From: Octopus bimaculoides
Lineage: Eukaryota
NCBI RefSeq assembly: GCF_001194135.2
Contig: NC_068987.1
Span: 8,339,015 to 8,403,014, forward strand
Length of the DNA: 64,000 bases
Direction: 5' to 3'
The number at the start of each line of letters is the position of its first letter. Positions within the stretch are counted from its first letter, which is position 1. The translations under genes were made by a program, and so were the position numbers. This document shows, in pieces, positions 1 to 12,599 of the stretch. The notes beneath the pieces are model-generated. The model was not told the DNA's origin, searched no databases, and saw only the letters and a list, made by a program, of their open reading frames with translations.

Positions 1-364
1 CTACCTCTCTGGTGCTGATGCTATAGTTTAATGTACTTATGAGACTGTTGAGTAACTGATGGGAATTATCATTATTATTAATGTGTAATAATGTGAACGC
101 TTTATAAAGTATAAAGGGGTTGACAAATAAATAGAAACACACTCTGTAATGTAGCTGGATGAACTTATTATAAGCATTAGAGAGATTAAGGTATTTAAAA
201 AGGGGCCTGGAGAGGTTTCTTGTTTAAAAGCTACAGGGCTACTTGGATTATTCAAGATTAGTTGAGAAAAATCATAGTAGAATTGGAAAGATAGGTTAAT
301 GTGGACCCTTGAGAAGGTGCCTAGAAGTTGGTGAGGATTGAATAAAAAGAAAAAAAAAATTAAC

Positions 365-674
365 TGGCACTCTGTTTATGATAAGGGTTCCAGTTGATCC
401 AATCAATGGAACAGCCTGCTGGTAAAATCAATGTACAGGTGGCTGAATACTCCACAGATGCATAACATCAACACAATTCTCTGGGAGATTCAGTGTGACA
501 CAGAATGTGACAGGGCCGGCCCTTTGAAATACAGGTACTAATCGATTTTGCCTGCTGAGTGGACTGGAGTAACGTGAAATGAAGTGTGAAGTATCTTGCT
601 CAAGGATACAATATGCTGTTGGGTATTGAGCTCATGAGCTGAATACTCCTAACCACTGAGCCACGAGCCTGCAC
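365..674 (-). mobile_element. tRNA-derived CORE-like SINE (family D body)
   Basis: Reverse complement has an A-box-like head (GGCTCAGTGGTTAGG), a CORE-like TTGAGCAAGATACTTCAC segment and the same 3' body as 44470-44652. Confidence 0.7.
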
Positions 675-2465
675 GTGAGGACTGAATAGCAGTAATGGTT
701 CAGGGGGAGAGTAGGAGATGATTAGGGATGGTGTGGTGTGAATATACTGAACAAGGGTTGAGGGTTGGTTGATGATAAATTTGGGTTTAAAGGAAGGTTT
801 GTTGGCTGTAAATTGTCGACATATTTGAGACCATTGGCAAGCTGGAAATGAATCTGAGTAACATGTAATCGGAGTAAATGAATGGCAGAAAGACAAGCAG
901 ACAGTCTGGCAGGTTTGTATTTGAAGCATGTCACTGCTATATAACATCAGCAAAGAAACTTGTAATGGATAACCGACCAATTAGAAACTATTTCTACATT
1001 CTAATCATGTCTTTGGAAATGGTATTAGAAACTTAGATTTCCAACAGAAAAAGGTTAATTTGCTAATAATACCTTCACACTGAGTCTCTCTCTCTCTCTC
1101 TCACAAACACTCTCTTACTAATTTCCTAAACCATTCTACTTTACAAATTAAAGGCTATGTTGACAAAGTTTTATTGAAGCATTCGTAAACAAGGTAATAT
1201 TTGTCTACATTGAATTACAGTAACTTGTCTTCTTCATTGTGCTGCCCTATGTATCTTCATAAAGGATTTTAAAACTGTGACCTTCTCTAACTATTGGAAT
1301 TCTTTGTATTTCTGAACAAGAAAGCCACATTTTCGGTCTTGTTAAGGTATCAATTTCTAGAAATGAAAATGGAGTTGATTCATGACAAATAAATCTTGGC
1401 TATCCCAAGGTTTAATGCAAGTCCTTGGTGCCTTTGTTGGAATATCTGTGTGACATACTTGTTTAGGATTAATACTTGATCCACTTCACTGGAAGAACTG
1501 GTCTGTTATTTACTACCACGTGGTAGTAACCTAATCTTTTGACAATGCAATTTCAAAGTAAATATTGAATTGTTGTTATGTCTGCTTCAGATAGACACTT
1601 TCTGTATTATGGTAGTAAATTTCCTATGAATTGATAGTGACCTATCTCAAGTCTTTTCTATTTGTAACCATTTCTATAATAAAAACCCTTGATGTCCTTC
1701 ACAAAATGTGTGAACTACTGAGGTTCAAATATGTCCCGTTTTCTTGAAGCATTATGCTAATTCATTTTCACAGTTTACTTTCCATCGATGTTATTTTAAG
1801 CCTGCGAGGAACAACGGGAAAAACACTGTTTACTTTTTCATAAATCTAAGCAACTAGGTTTTAGTTTTAACTAACGTTTAGAGACGCTATGCACAGACAC
1901 CTTATGACCCTCGGGATGCATGTAGTCTCCTGTGTGTCGCATGACAGTATGGCACTCATACTGTCATAATAGTGTGAGCATAAGTTATTTCACTAAAATT
2001 AACGAACGAAATGTTCAGCTTTCTTTCTGTGCGTTCCAAACACTTTCGTTTCTTTCTCTCATTCACCCACGCTTCCTCTCAATCAATATTTTTATGATTC
2101 ACTTAACGCAATATATGGTGTACTCTGTTAACTGCTTACGAGGTTTGTTATCTTATTCTTTAAGTGATGCAGCTTGATTTACGATGAGCAGTATCTCAAA
2201 AGGCTGACCATGCCTGATACAATTTTAGAGAATAGTGTCTGCATATATGGACGGCTGAAGTACACAGCAGTCTCCTTACTACATTAATCCCCATCACTAC
2301 TTTAGCATACAATTTTCTCATAATGGAATTCTCTCTTTCTCTTCCTCTCTCTTCATTTATTTCCTATTTTTGAATTTATTTGAAGCATCGAGTACGAAAA
2401 TAATTGTCATATATTTTTTGTGTTTAAACAAGCTACCATAGTTGTCTCCCTTACATCCACGCACC

Positions 2466-2640
2466 TTGAAACTGTTTTAATTCCGTTAACTTTTCTGCGA
2501 GTTTTGAGAGAGGAAAGGGTTTAGTGCCAACGTTTCGAGCAAATCCTTTCTTCAGAGAAATGATGACACACATCATTTCTACTTTCTTGTAATTCCATTT
2601 TCTACGTTGTTTACTTAATGAGTTCACTTGCACTTTGGTT
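2466..2640 (-). other. Candidate spliced exon (product unknown)
   Basis: Acceptor CTTTATAG| and donor CAAG|GTGCGT. One frame is open throughout (TKVQVNSLSKQRRKW...KLTELKQFQ). No recognisable homology. Confidence 0.2.
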
Positions 2641-2825
2641 CTATAAAGATCTCATTCAATCGATCATAAGTTATAGAGAAAACGAAAACATTTCTCTTCA
2701 ACACCCAATCTGTAATGTGTATAAAGATTAGTAATATCCTTGCTCTTGTTTCTCATGCCTGGCCTCTGTTCGTTACTATACTGTACTCGAACCAGCGACC
2801 GGCTTGAAATGGCAGCCACATTTAC

Positions 2826-2890
2826 CCTGAACTCGCACATATCTTTCAAAACAAGCGCATTTGATAATGTAGTTTTTAGATACACTGAGT
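2826..2890 (-). other. Candidate spliced exon (product unknown)
   Basis: Strong polypyrimidine acceptor TTTTTTTTTCTTTTCAG| and donor CAGG|GTAAAT. Two frames are open, but neither joins the open frame of 2466-2640 with the best acceptor. Confidence 0.25.
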
Positions 2891-4148
2891 CTGAAAAGAA
2901 AAAAAAATAGATGATCGATGCAAGATCACCTTTTGCTCATAAGTTCGGCCGATCAATGATTAAGCAAGAACTATATTGTAATACCTAGTATTCAAGCATT
3001 ATTTATTATTAATGTTCGTCTATGTGGCCCCCTACGCAGACCTTTCTTTATTTTATTAAAAGACATTATTTTCCGTACATTTGGGCTCCCATACTCGGTC
3101 AGACCTTGTTTCATTAAGAGATTTGGTGCAGCAGCGTCATTCAAGACGTTTGATCTGTGTTAATAGTGCTTTCCGTTGCTGTTTGATGATGAGGTAGGAT
3201 TTATTCATCATCTTTATTGTAGTGAAAAGATTGTTTGAACTCTCATGAAGTGATGGAACTTGTTCAGATATTGATTGAGAAGTGCTGGCGTAGGGAATAG
3301 AGATGTGTGTGAAAGAACAATGCAAATATTATGATTTATATGTGTGTACCTTTGAAAAGCTCATCCAATTAACCACTATAATTGTTTCTCATATTTTCCA
3401 CTCTCTTGAACCAGCTATAATAGTGTCTGAATGGTCTTGGCAAAGGAAGTCCATTAAAATTATAGATTTAAACTTAGTAGTATAATTGTGAAACTATATT
3501 TAAACTTCATCTATATAAGGTGCCGTTAAAAGCTTATAATTTTCGCAATGTTTCCCTGGCATCTTAACTTTTCTTGTTGCTAGTAATAATCTCAAAAGTC
3601 TAATGTAAATAGAAATTTTATTATCTTTATGACATTCTAACTGCTATTGTTTTGCGTTCGTAATTCCTGTCCATAAAACATTACACGATGTTTAATATCT
3701 TCTCTATACCAGATTCTAAGTAAGAAAACATATTCTTGCAATTTTACTACTGCGATATATAACTGAACATTTTTACCACACTCATTTATATAAAGAGTCA
3801 TATTGTCTGTATTATTTGAGAGAGATACCAGAGTGTGTTTAGTCACTTCTCTATACTAGAGTGTAAATTGTTCATACTATGCTTAAGTGAGAAAACGCAC
3901 ATAATTCCTGTAATTTTAGCAGTGTGATTTAAAACAGAACATTTTTAGCAACACTCATTATTTAAAGAGGCAACACTGTCTATATTGTTTGAGAGAGATA
4001 GCGAAAGTGTTCGTGTGGATGAGTGTGTGATAGTGTAAAGTCAGAAAGCCCCAGCTATCAGCACAAAGCTGGTGGATAGGGGAATACATTAATGCAACAC
4101 ATGTACGTGTGTGTGTGTGTGTCTTGTTATAGATAAAAGAATTGCATG

Positions 4149-4182
<34 letters not shown>

Positions 4183-5498
4183 ATGAATGAATGAAAGAGA
4201 GCGTTTTATATTAATGGGTTTCATGAATGTTGTTTAAACCCATTCATAAAATTTGCCCAGTTTTCTTTTACTGGTTTTAATTTGGACCGTTTTAATTTTC
4301 TTCGTTTTTAATTTCTAAAAAGTTAAATTATTTAGAAAACAATTATAGATTTTAAAACAACAACAACAACCGTATTTATTTATTTGTTTTTCCAAAAAAA
4401 GCTCTTAACTCAATGGTCGGGGAATTAGTTTTCTTCTTCTTTCTCTCCGTCTTGAGAGAATGAGTTTAAATTCTAGTCTAAAATAGATTATCAGCATTTT
4501 GTTATTTCTTTTAACTTTTTAAACTTTTTTAATCTAGTTTTTTTTTTTCTAATCAATATTATGGATATTGAAAAAAAATTGTTTCTTCCTTTAGCTGTTT
4601 TAGCTTTATTTTTACGTAAATATTCTTTCCCAACACAAACATTTCTCTCTGAGTTAGTCTCATTCTATTCTTCTCCGTCCCCTAACACATAAATACACAC
4701 TTAAAACTTCTCTTAAAGTTTGGTGTTTATATCCAATTCTTTTATTGTTTTTACATTCATCTTCTATTCTATGCCGTTTTTTCCCCCTCCCGTTTTGACC
4801 TCTTAAGCCTTAGATTTTAGGCACTGACCTGTTTAATAATAATCTGTAATTTATACAAAATACTTAAGTAACTTGTTTAAGAATTTAAACCAAAATTAAC
4901 CTTACTCGAATACACACACAAAGTCATACAACAACATTTATTTAACTATTTAAATATTAAAAGCTTTGTGCGTAATAAACACATTCTTTTAGGAAATTAT
5001 TGCTTTCTTTTTCTATATTGTCTTTTTGGAAACTATTAGCAAATTAGCAAGGCTACAACCACATTATATTCGTTGGGGAAACTTATTTTCTTACGTGAAT
5101 CATAAAAGACTCCCTACCGTTTTATTATTATTATTAAGAAAAAAGAAATCTTATACAACTTATCGTGGCTTACTCTAACTTTGATTGAGATTTTATTCGT
5201 TGTTTGGCAAGTATTCTAGTCGAGTTTATGGTCCTCTCTTTCTCTCATATTTCAATTTACTGCAAATTTGCTGATTTCGTTAACTGTACGTATATTTGCA
5301 ATCGGCGATCTTTGGTTTCTCTTACGATTGCTTTACAATGTTCTGCAAACTGCTAAATTATATTTATTGTATTTTTTCTCTTGCGAAGTATATTTGTTTT
5401 TTTCAAATTCCTTCGAAAATGTTAATGATGTTTCGTTTTGTTTTTAAGCAGCCGAAGACGAGAACTTTTTATATTCATTTATTTATTTTGTGAAAATG

Positions 5499-5665
5499 CA
5501 GATTTTAGCTGACTCTGTCAACCACATCATTTGCAAATTATTCCGCAATCATCTTCATCGTTCTTGTCATCATCATCATCATCACTGTCGGCGTTAGTAT
5601 CAACGTTTATTGTTTTGTCTGTCTTTGCTGTGGATTGTTAGACGACACTTATTCAGGTAGATTTT
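5499..5665 (+). other. Candidate 5' UTR exon
   Basis: Ends at donor CAG|GTAGAT; CpG-rich with a (CAT)n run. Start is uncertain. Confidence 0.2.
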
Positions 5666-5943
5666 TCTCCAGCTGGATACTTTTCCTGTCGCAACACACA
5701 CACACGACCTACTAGTGTAAGTGCGTGTATATTTGAGTCTGTGTGTTAGAGAGAGTGTGTGTGTGTGTGTGTGTGATTATTATAGTCTATGTTTTTGATA
5801 TCTTCCCCCCCCCCCCGTTTACTTTATTTTCCTTGACATACTAAAGTGTTTTTAATGAAGTAAAACCTTTCTTCAACAACTGACTCTTTTGAAAAAGATG
5901 TTCCAACGTATTATATAGTATTGATTCTTTTAACCACTGTCAG

Positions 5944-6094
5944 AACTAACAGCAATTGTCGGTTCTTAAAAAAGTTTGTGAGTCTACAGCTGGTGGTAGC
6001 ATTTATGACGATTGCTGTAAACATCCTTGCTAACTTTAAGCCTCCGTTATTAATCCTTTTAACCTTAACAGCTGACGGTGGTTCTTATTAATAT
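5944..6094 (+). other. Candidate exon
   Basis: Acceptor TTCTTTTAACCACTGTCAG| and donor TAT|GTAAGT. One frame gives 48 hydrophobic-rich codons ending in TAA just before the donor. Confidence 0.2.
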
Positions 6095-6333
6095 GTAAGT
6101 GATATCTAACCAAATATTATTTGGGGAAGTTTTTAACAGAAGAATTTTGAGTGCTTCGTTTTGATGCTAGGGGCGTTGACTAACCGAAAGAACACCTACG
6201 AAAATCATTGCTTGGAATTGCGGAGGTTCTCCGCAAGGTTATTCGAGCATGAATCAGTAAACAAGTGTCACCTTAGTCTGTTGCCTGTGGACAGCTGACT
6301 CTTTTCATCATACCCAGCAAAATAAACAGTGAC

Positions 6334-6530
6334 TTTCTTTTCTACTCTAGGCACAAGGCCCGAAATTTTTAAGGAGGTGGGGGGGTTGTCGATTAGATCG
6401 ATCCTAGTACGCAACTGGTACTTAATTTATCGACCCCAAAAGGATGAAACGCAAAGTCAACCTCGGCGGAATTTGAACTCAGAACGAGAAGACAGACGGA
6501 ATACCGCTAATCATTTCACCCGGTGTGCTA
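6334..6530 (-). mobile_element. SINE family C copy
   Basis: Reverse complement has B-box GAGTTCAAATTCC, the body GTTGACTTTGCGTTTCATCCTTTTGGGGTCGATAAATTAAGTACCAG and the tail AAATTTCGGGCCTTGTGCCTAGAGTAGAAAAG. Confidence 0.8.
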
Positions 6531-7099
6531 AGTCGAAGTTATAGAATTAGAATTCAAGAATAATATATCTGATTAAGTGTGACAGATTAATTACCTGTAA
6601 TCATCATCATCATCATTTAATTCTTTTTTTTTATTGCATGGTTTGACAGGAACTGGTGAACTGCAGCAGGTACATCAAACTGCAGTGTTTCTATGGGCCA
6701 CATTGCTCACTTACATGTCGCTATGGGGGTCACATATTTTTAAACATACGTTTACAAGCAAAGATTTCTGTCACATCAATTCTTTACTATTAAGTAAAAG
6801 TCTTTTAAAACCTTTTTATTTGCTCATCAATAATCTTATTTTTATTAATTAATTTTATTATTAAGAATTTTTCTTTCGTTTCTCCATTTTTAAAGCTCTA
6901 GCCACACCACTTGTAGGCTACCCTTGTGTTTGAAAAGAGCCACATGTGGCCTGAGTACCACATGTTTGACATACCTGAAATAGACAATGGTGCTAAGCTC
7001 CAATGTCTGCTTTGGTGTAGTTTCCATGACTGGATGCTCTTCCTAATGGTTTTTAATTTTGTCTCAAGCCCTCCAGTTTTCATGGGGGAGTATTACTCA

Positions 7100-8262
7100 A
7101 TATCATTGCCCTCAATTCATCACTGGTATTTTATTTCATAGACCTTGAAAAAAATGAAAGGCCAAGTTGGCTTCAGCAGGATTTGAACTCAGAATGTAAA
7201 GAGCCAAAGGAAATACCACGAAATATTTCTTCCGATGCTCTAACGATTCTACCATCTTGCTGTCTTAGTAATGTTTATAATGATTATGAATTCTAACAGG
7301 TACAAGACACCAGATTTGGTAGGTAGGCCGTACAGCCAGTTATATCAACCCTCAGTATTTCACTGGTACTTGTTTTATCAATCAACCCTGGAAAGATGAA
7401 AGTTAAAAGATAGGGCTGGTGGATGTTTTTTTTTTTTATAAAGGTATAAACTACACAGACATACCTTTAGTAAGAGAATTAACATTGTTAATAGAATGAT
7501 TTCAGGAGACAATTAAAACTGTGTTGGAAGCTCGGTTTAACGCAAATTACTGTGTACATGTTTATTAGCAATAATAAATATATTAATTGTAATAATTCTT
7601 TCTACTATAGGCACAAGGCCTGAAATGCTTGGGGGACAGAACTCGTTGGCTGTATCAATCCAGTGGTCAACTGGGACTTATTTCATTGACCCTTAAAGGG
7701 TGAAAAGTAAAGTCAACCTCAGATGAATTTGAACTCAGAACATAATGAAGTGCTGCTAAGCATTTTGTCCAGCATACTTGACTGGGACTTCATTTTATTA
7801 TCCTCCAAGGATTAAAAAAGCAAAATCAGTCTTAACAGGATTTGAACTTTGAACTCAAAGAGCTAACTGCAAGACATTTTGTATGATGGTCTAACAGGTC
7901 TGCCTATCCAGCCTTGATCATGATGTTAATTATAATAATAATCCTTTTAACTATAGGCACCAGGCCTGAAATTTTAGGGGAGAGGGCTAGTTGATAACAT
8001 CAACCGCAGTGCTCAACTGGTACTTATTTTATCAGCCCCAAAAGGATGAAAGCAAAGGTGACCAAGGTAAAATTTGAACTTGGTACATATTGACGGTTGA
8101 AGTTTCATTAAGCATTTTATCTGACATTAACGATTCTGCTAGCTCGTTACCATAATAATAATAATATCAATACAGTAACCATAAGAGCATCACAGCACAT
8201 ACCCAAAGCACACAGAGCTGTGCTCAGTAGTGAAGTGAAAGCATGTTATAAAAAGAAAACTA

Positions 8263-8300
<38 letters not shown>

Positions 8301-8520
8301 AAATGATCAGTTTTTCTACTAAAGGCACATGGCCTGAAATTTGGAGGAAGGGGCTAGTTGATTACATTGACCCAAATAGTTGACTGGGACTTATTTCACT
8401 CACTCCAAAAAGATGAAAGGCAAAGTTGACCTCCATAGAACTTGAACACAGGACAAAGACAGACAAAATTCCATTAAGCATTTTGTTTGGCATTAACAAT
8501 TCTACCAGCTTGCCGCTTTA
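7100..8520 (-). mobile_element. Head-to-tail train of about 6 degenerate family C SINE copies
   Basis: Repeated plus-strand motifs CTACTATAGGCACAAGGCCTGAAAT ... AAAGGATGAAAGGCAAAG ... ATTTGAACTCAGAA, separated by (AAT)n. Confidence 0.75.
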
Positions 8521-9720
8521 ATAATACCAATAATAATAATAATAATAATGATGATGATGATAGTAATAATAATAATAATAAGAAGAAGAAGAATATTTCA
8601 AAGTCTTTGATAAACTACACATTTTCAGGTGATGGCACACTGAAGCAGTTAAGCTCCTTTCAACCGCAGCTAGAATAGCAAAATGAAATGATCATTAAAA
8701 CAATGAAGAAAATGAGTTTGATGAGGAAGTTGATGGCGTCTTTGTTTCAAAGAAGATTTCGATGCATCTAATACAAAAGAACAATGGCCAACAAATCAAT
8801 TACCGCATTTCATCTCTTCATTTTCATAATGTAATCTTCAAGCCCTTAAATTGATTTCCATGAATGGATTGGACGGGCATTTATAGTGTATGTGACTTGG
8901 TACAAACTGCTATTATTAGAAGAAAAGGGTGGGGAAACAAAACCCCCACTTTAATCTACTAGCTTCAAATATGACCCCTTTATTGGGTAAAGCAATAAAA
9001 GTGAGACATGTCTTTTGTTATTGCTTCCCTTCTCTGCTGTCTCCTAATTTGCATATGCAAATTTGTTTTGCAATTTATAACTTAAATAGAATGTGTATTT
9101 TCAGCGTTTTTCTCTTCCTGTCTTTAGCCTTTCTTCGAAAAATGATTTATTTAACGGATGCATGTGTAGCTGCAACTACATACGCATAAATACACACACA
9201 CGCACATCCAAACACACATATACATGCGTACTTTGCATACACTTACATTTTCACAATCATGTTCTCAAATAAATACACATTGTTCCACCCTTATCTTTGT
9301 ATATATTTTTTTGTCTTAAGCTCATACATATTTGCACATACGTAAGCATGCATATTCACTCATATGTACACATACACATACATATTCACACATGTATGCA
9401 CATACACTCATATCTGCACATGTACGCTTATACACACACTTATATATCTACACGAACACACATACATACATATCCACATACGTACACATATACATACTTA
9501 TAAATATACATTAATATTCTTGAAAACACAATCACACTCACCGTTCACTTATTTGCATACTAAACTCTTATTTTCCTCTACCTTGCTTTCTCTCTCTCTC
9601 TCTCACACACACACAAACTTACATCTTGTTCATATCAGCTCATAAACAGACATGAATTCTCTCCCATACATACACTCTCTAATCATACATTGAAACATGC
9701 ATAGAAAAGAAATGGCAGTT

Positions 9721-9752
<32 letters not shown>

Positions 9753-10149
9753 AATCACATTCATGCATGGCACACATGCATTATATTTTCATCTGACAAG
9801 TTTGTTTTCTTGTGGAGCTTTGCTAAACATCACTGTCTTCTTCCATTCACCATTAGTTATACAGCTTGGCACTAATGCCTGCCTCGATGCCTTACCTGTC
9901 AAATCTAGTTCAACCAATCACTTTACTTCACTCACTCATTCACTATTGATTTTCTACCAGTTATGTGTTCTCAATAATATTTCCACAATCTATGTTTGTC
10001 TTTCTATCTGATTGTACTCTCTCTCTCTCTCATACACACACACACACACATACACACACTTCAGTATAAAGCTGGATTCACTGTTACATTCTACCATAAG
10101 TATTTCGTCATTTATATCATACAGCACTGTGAGTGTGTATGTATATATA

Positions 10150-10400
10150 TATCATCATCATCATCATCAACATTTAATGTCTGTTTTCTATGCTGGCATG
10201 GGTTGAGCAGCTTGACAGGAACTGACAAGGCTGGTTGGGGTCACACTTGGTTCTGTAGTCTGTTTGGGGTTTGTTTCTATGGCTGGATGCCCTTTCTAAC
10301 AACCACCCACTTTACAGGGTTTACTAGGTCCTTTTTACAGGGCTCCATCTCCAGTGCATTTTATGTGGCACCAGCATCCACACCAATGTGTTTCAAGTGG
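10150..10400 (-). mobile_element. RTE-like retroposon 3' end (family A)
   Basis: (CAT)n followed by TTTAATGTCTGTTTTCTATGCTGGCATGGGTTG, the reverse complement of the tail CCCATGCYAGCATGGAAARCRGACGTTAAA(YGA)n. Confidence 0.7.
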
Positions 10401-10458
10401 CACCTTGGTTTTAGGGTCTCAATTCTGTTGTGGTAAATGGGTCTTCTCAAGTACAGCA

Positions 10459-10501
<43 letters not shown>

Positions 10502-11489
10502 NNNNNNNNNNNNNNNNNNNNNNNNNNNNNNNNNNNNNNNNNNNNNNNNNNNNNNNNNNNNNNNNNNNNNNNNNNNNNNNNNNNNNNNNNNNNNNNNNNN
10601 NNNNNNNNNNNNNNNNNNNNNNNNNNNNNNNNNNNNNNNNNNNNNNNNNNNNNNNNNNNNNNNNNNNNNNNNNNNNNNNNNNNNNNNNNNNNNNNNNNNN
10701 NNNNNNNNNNNNNNNNNNNNNNNNNNNNNNNNNNNNNNNNNNNNNNNNNNNNNNNNNNNNNNNNNNNNNNNNNNNNNNNNNNNNNNNNNNNNNNNNNNNN
10801 NNNNNNNNNNNNNNNNNNNNNNNNNNNNNNNNNNNNNNNNNNNNNNNNNNNNNNNNNNNNNNNNNNNNNNNNNNNNNNNNNNNNNNNNNNNNNNNNNNNN
10901 NNNNNNNNNNNNNNNNNNNNNNNNNNNNNNNNNNNNNNNNNNNNNNNNNNNNNNNNNNNNNNNNNNNNNNNNNNNNNNNNNNNNNNNNNNNNNNNNNNNN
11001 NNNNNNNNNNNNNNNNNNNNNNNNNNNNNNNNNNNNNNNNNNNNNNNNNNNNNNNNNNNNNNNNNNNNNNNNNNNNNNNNNNNNNNNNNNNNNNNNNNNN
11101 NNNNNNNNNNNNNNNNNNNNNNNNNNNNNNNNNNNNNNNNNNNNNNNNNNNNNNNNNNNNNNNNNNNNNNNNNNNNNNNNNNNNNNNNNNNNNNNNNNNN
11201 NNNNNNNNNNNNNNNNNNNNNNNNNNNNNNNNNNNNNNNNNNNNNNNNNNNNNNNNNNNNNNNNNNNNNNNNNNNNNNNNNNNNNNNNNNNNNNNNNNNN
11301 NNNNNNNNNNNNNNNNNNNNNNNNNNNNNNNNNNNNNNNNNNNNNNNNNNNNNNNNNNNNNNNNNNNNNNNNNNNNNNNNNNNNNNNNNNNNNNNNNNNN
11401 NNNNNNNNNNNNNNNNNNNNNNNNNNNNNNNNNNNNNNNNNNNNNNNNNNNNNNNNNNNNNNNNNNNNNNNNNNNNNNNNNNNNNNNNN
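10502..11489. other. Assembly gap (988 N)
   Basis: N-run after an (AT)n tract. Confidence 1.
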
Positions 11490-11570
11490 CTGTATCCTTA
11501 CACATTCGAACAAGGGAATCTAGCACCCCCACTCAGCTCAAAACATTATCTGTGTATCGTGATTTCTGGG

Positions 11571-11860
11571 TTCTATCAATATTATTACCTTCTACCAGAT
11601 ACGTTCTTTGTACTTCTACCAAAATTATTACATTCTACCAGATATGTTCTTTGTACTTCTACCAATGTTATGACATTCTACCAGATATTTCTACTTATAT
11701 TTCATTCTACCAGATATGGTCTCTCTACTTCTACCGATATTTCGTTCTACCAATATTATGCCATTTTACCATATATGTCTTCTACCAATGTTATATTATT
11801 CTAACATATGTTCTGTGTTTCTACCGATATCAATTCATTCTACCAAACATATTCTCTCTG
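11571..11860. repeat. Degenerate minisatellite with TTCTACCA core, alternating ~19 and ~24 bp subunits
   Basis: About 13 copies of TTCTAYCR; TTCTACCAGATAYGTTCTTTGTAC recurs at a 43-bp spacing. Confidence 0.8.
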
Positions 11861-12354
11861 CTTCTCCCTTTTTGTTGTTTGCCGTCTTACATGTCATTTA
11901 TGTCACAAATCATATTTACAGTTCCTATTCATATTCTCTGTATTGATTAATTTATTCAGTTCATTGATTCTGTTTGTTTATTGATTTATCCCGTTCATTC
12001 ATTAACAACCACCTACTTCCTCTCTATTCATACCATGAACAATTCAAGACAGTACATGTCTTACACCCATTGACCACTACACTATCTGTGTCATCTTGCT
12101 CACATATGCTGTGCTGTGCCTGATCTAGCTTTTGGCCCTCACATCTGTCTCTGTCCCAAGGCTACCCTTGACGTGGTTTGAACCAACAAATGTCTGTTAA
12201 GCAACAGTGCAATCACTTCAAGATATGTTATCAAACCATTTCTGCCAAAACTGAGGCAGTGGAGCAAGAATACGGTCCTCTCACATGTTGGATTCTGTTG
12301 AACTATCCACCAATGCCAGTATGGAAAGAATATGTGAAATAATTATGATGGTGT

Positions 12355-12599
12355 GTCATCATCATCATCATCATCATCATCATCGTCATCGTTTAACGTC
12401 CGCTTTCCATGCTAGCATGGGTTGGACGATTTGACTGAGGACTGGTGAAACCGGATGGCAACACCAGGCTCCAGTCTGATTTGGCAGAGTTTCTACAGCT
12501 GGATGCCCTTCCTAACGCCAACCACTCAGAGAGTGTAGTGGGTGCTTTTACGTGTCACCCGCACGAAAACGGCCACGCTCGAAATGGTGTCTTTTATGT
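12355..12599 (-). mobile_element. Young family A RTE-like 3' end, cut by the gap
   Basis: (CAT)n GTTTAACGTCCGCTTTCCATGCTAGCATGGGTTGGACG..., CpG-intact and near-identical to 37140-37335. Confidence 0.85.

Larger units (their letters stand above)
1780..6300. promoter_or_regulatory. CpG-richer, interspersed-repeat-poor zone; possible promoter/5' UTR region
   Basis: CpG dinucleotides are visibly more frequent at about 1780-3300 and 5050-6300 than in the rest of the window, and no SINE copies were seen. Assessed by eye, not computed. Confidence 0.3.

Noticed and set aside
2466-2640. Resemblance of WNYKK...QFQ to the SMARCC1/2 N-terminus
   Set aside because: Spacing between the matching words is about twice that in SMARCC and the intervening residues do not align.
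6218-6236. 8-bp GC-rich hairpin TTGCGGAG-GTT-CTCCGCAA as a possible Helitron 3' end
   Set aside because: No CTRR terminus at the expected distance on either strand.
10354-11950. Long ORFs of 360-500 aa (also those over 12445-13050, 38171-39153, 40106-41215, 57639-58423, 59961-60350, 62011-63074)
   Set aside because: They are open only because they run through N-gaps (poly-X); the flanks are microsatellite or SINE sequence.
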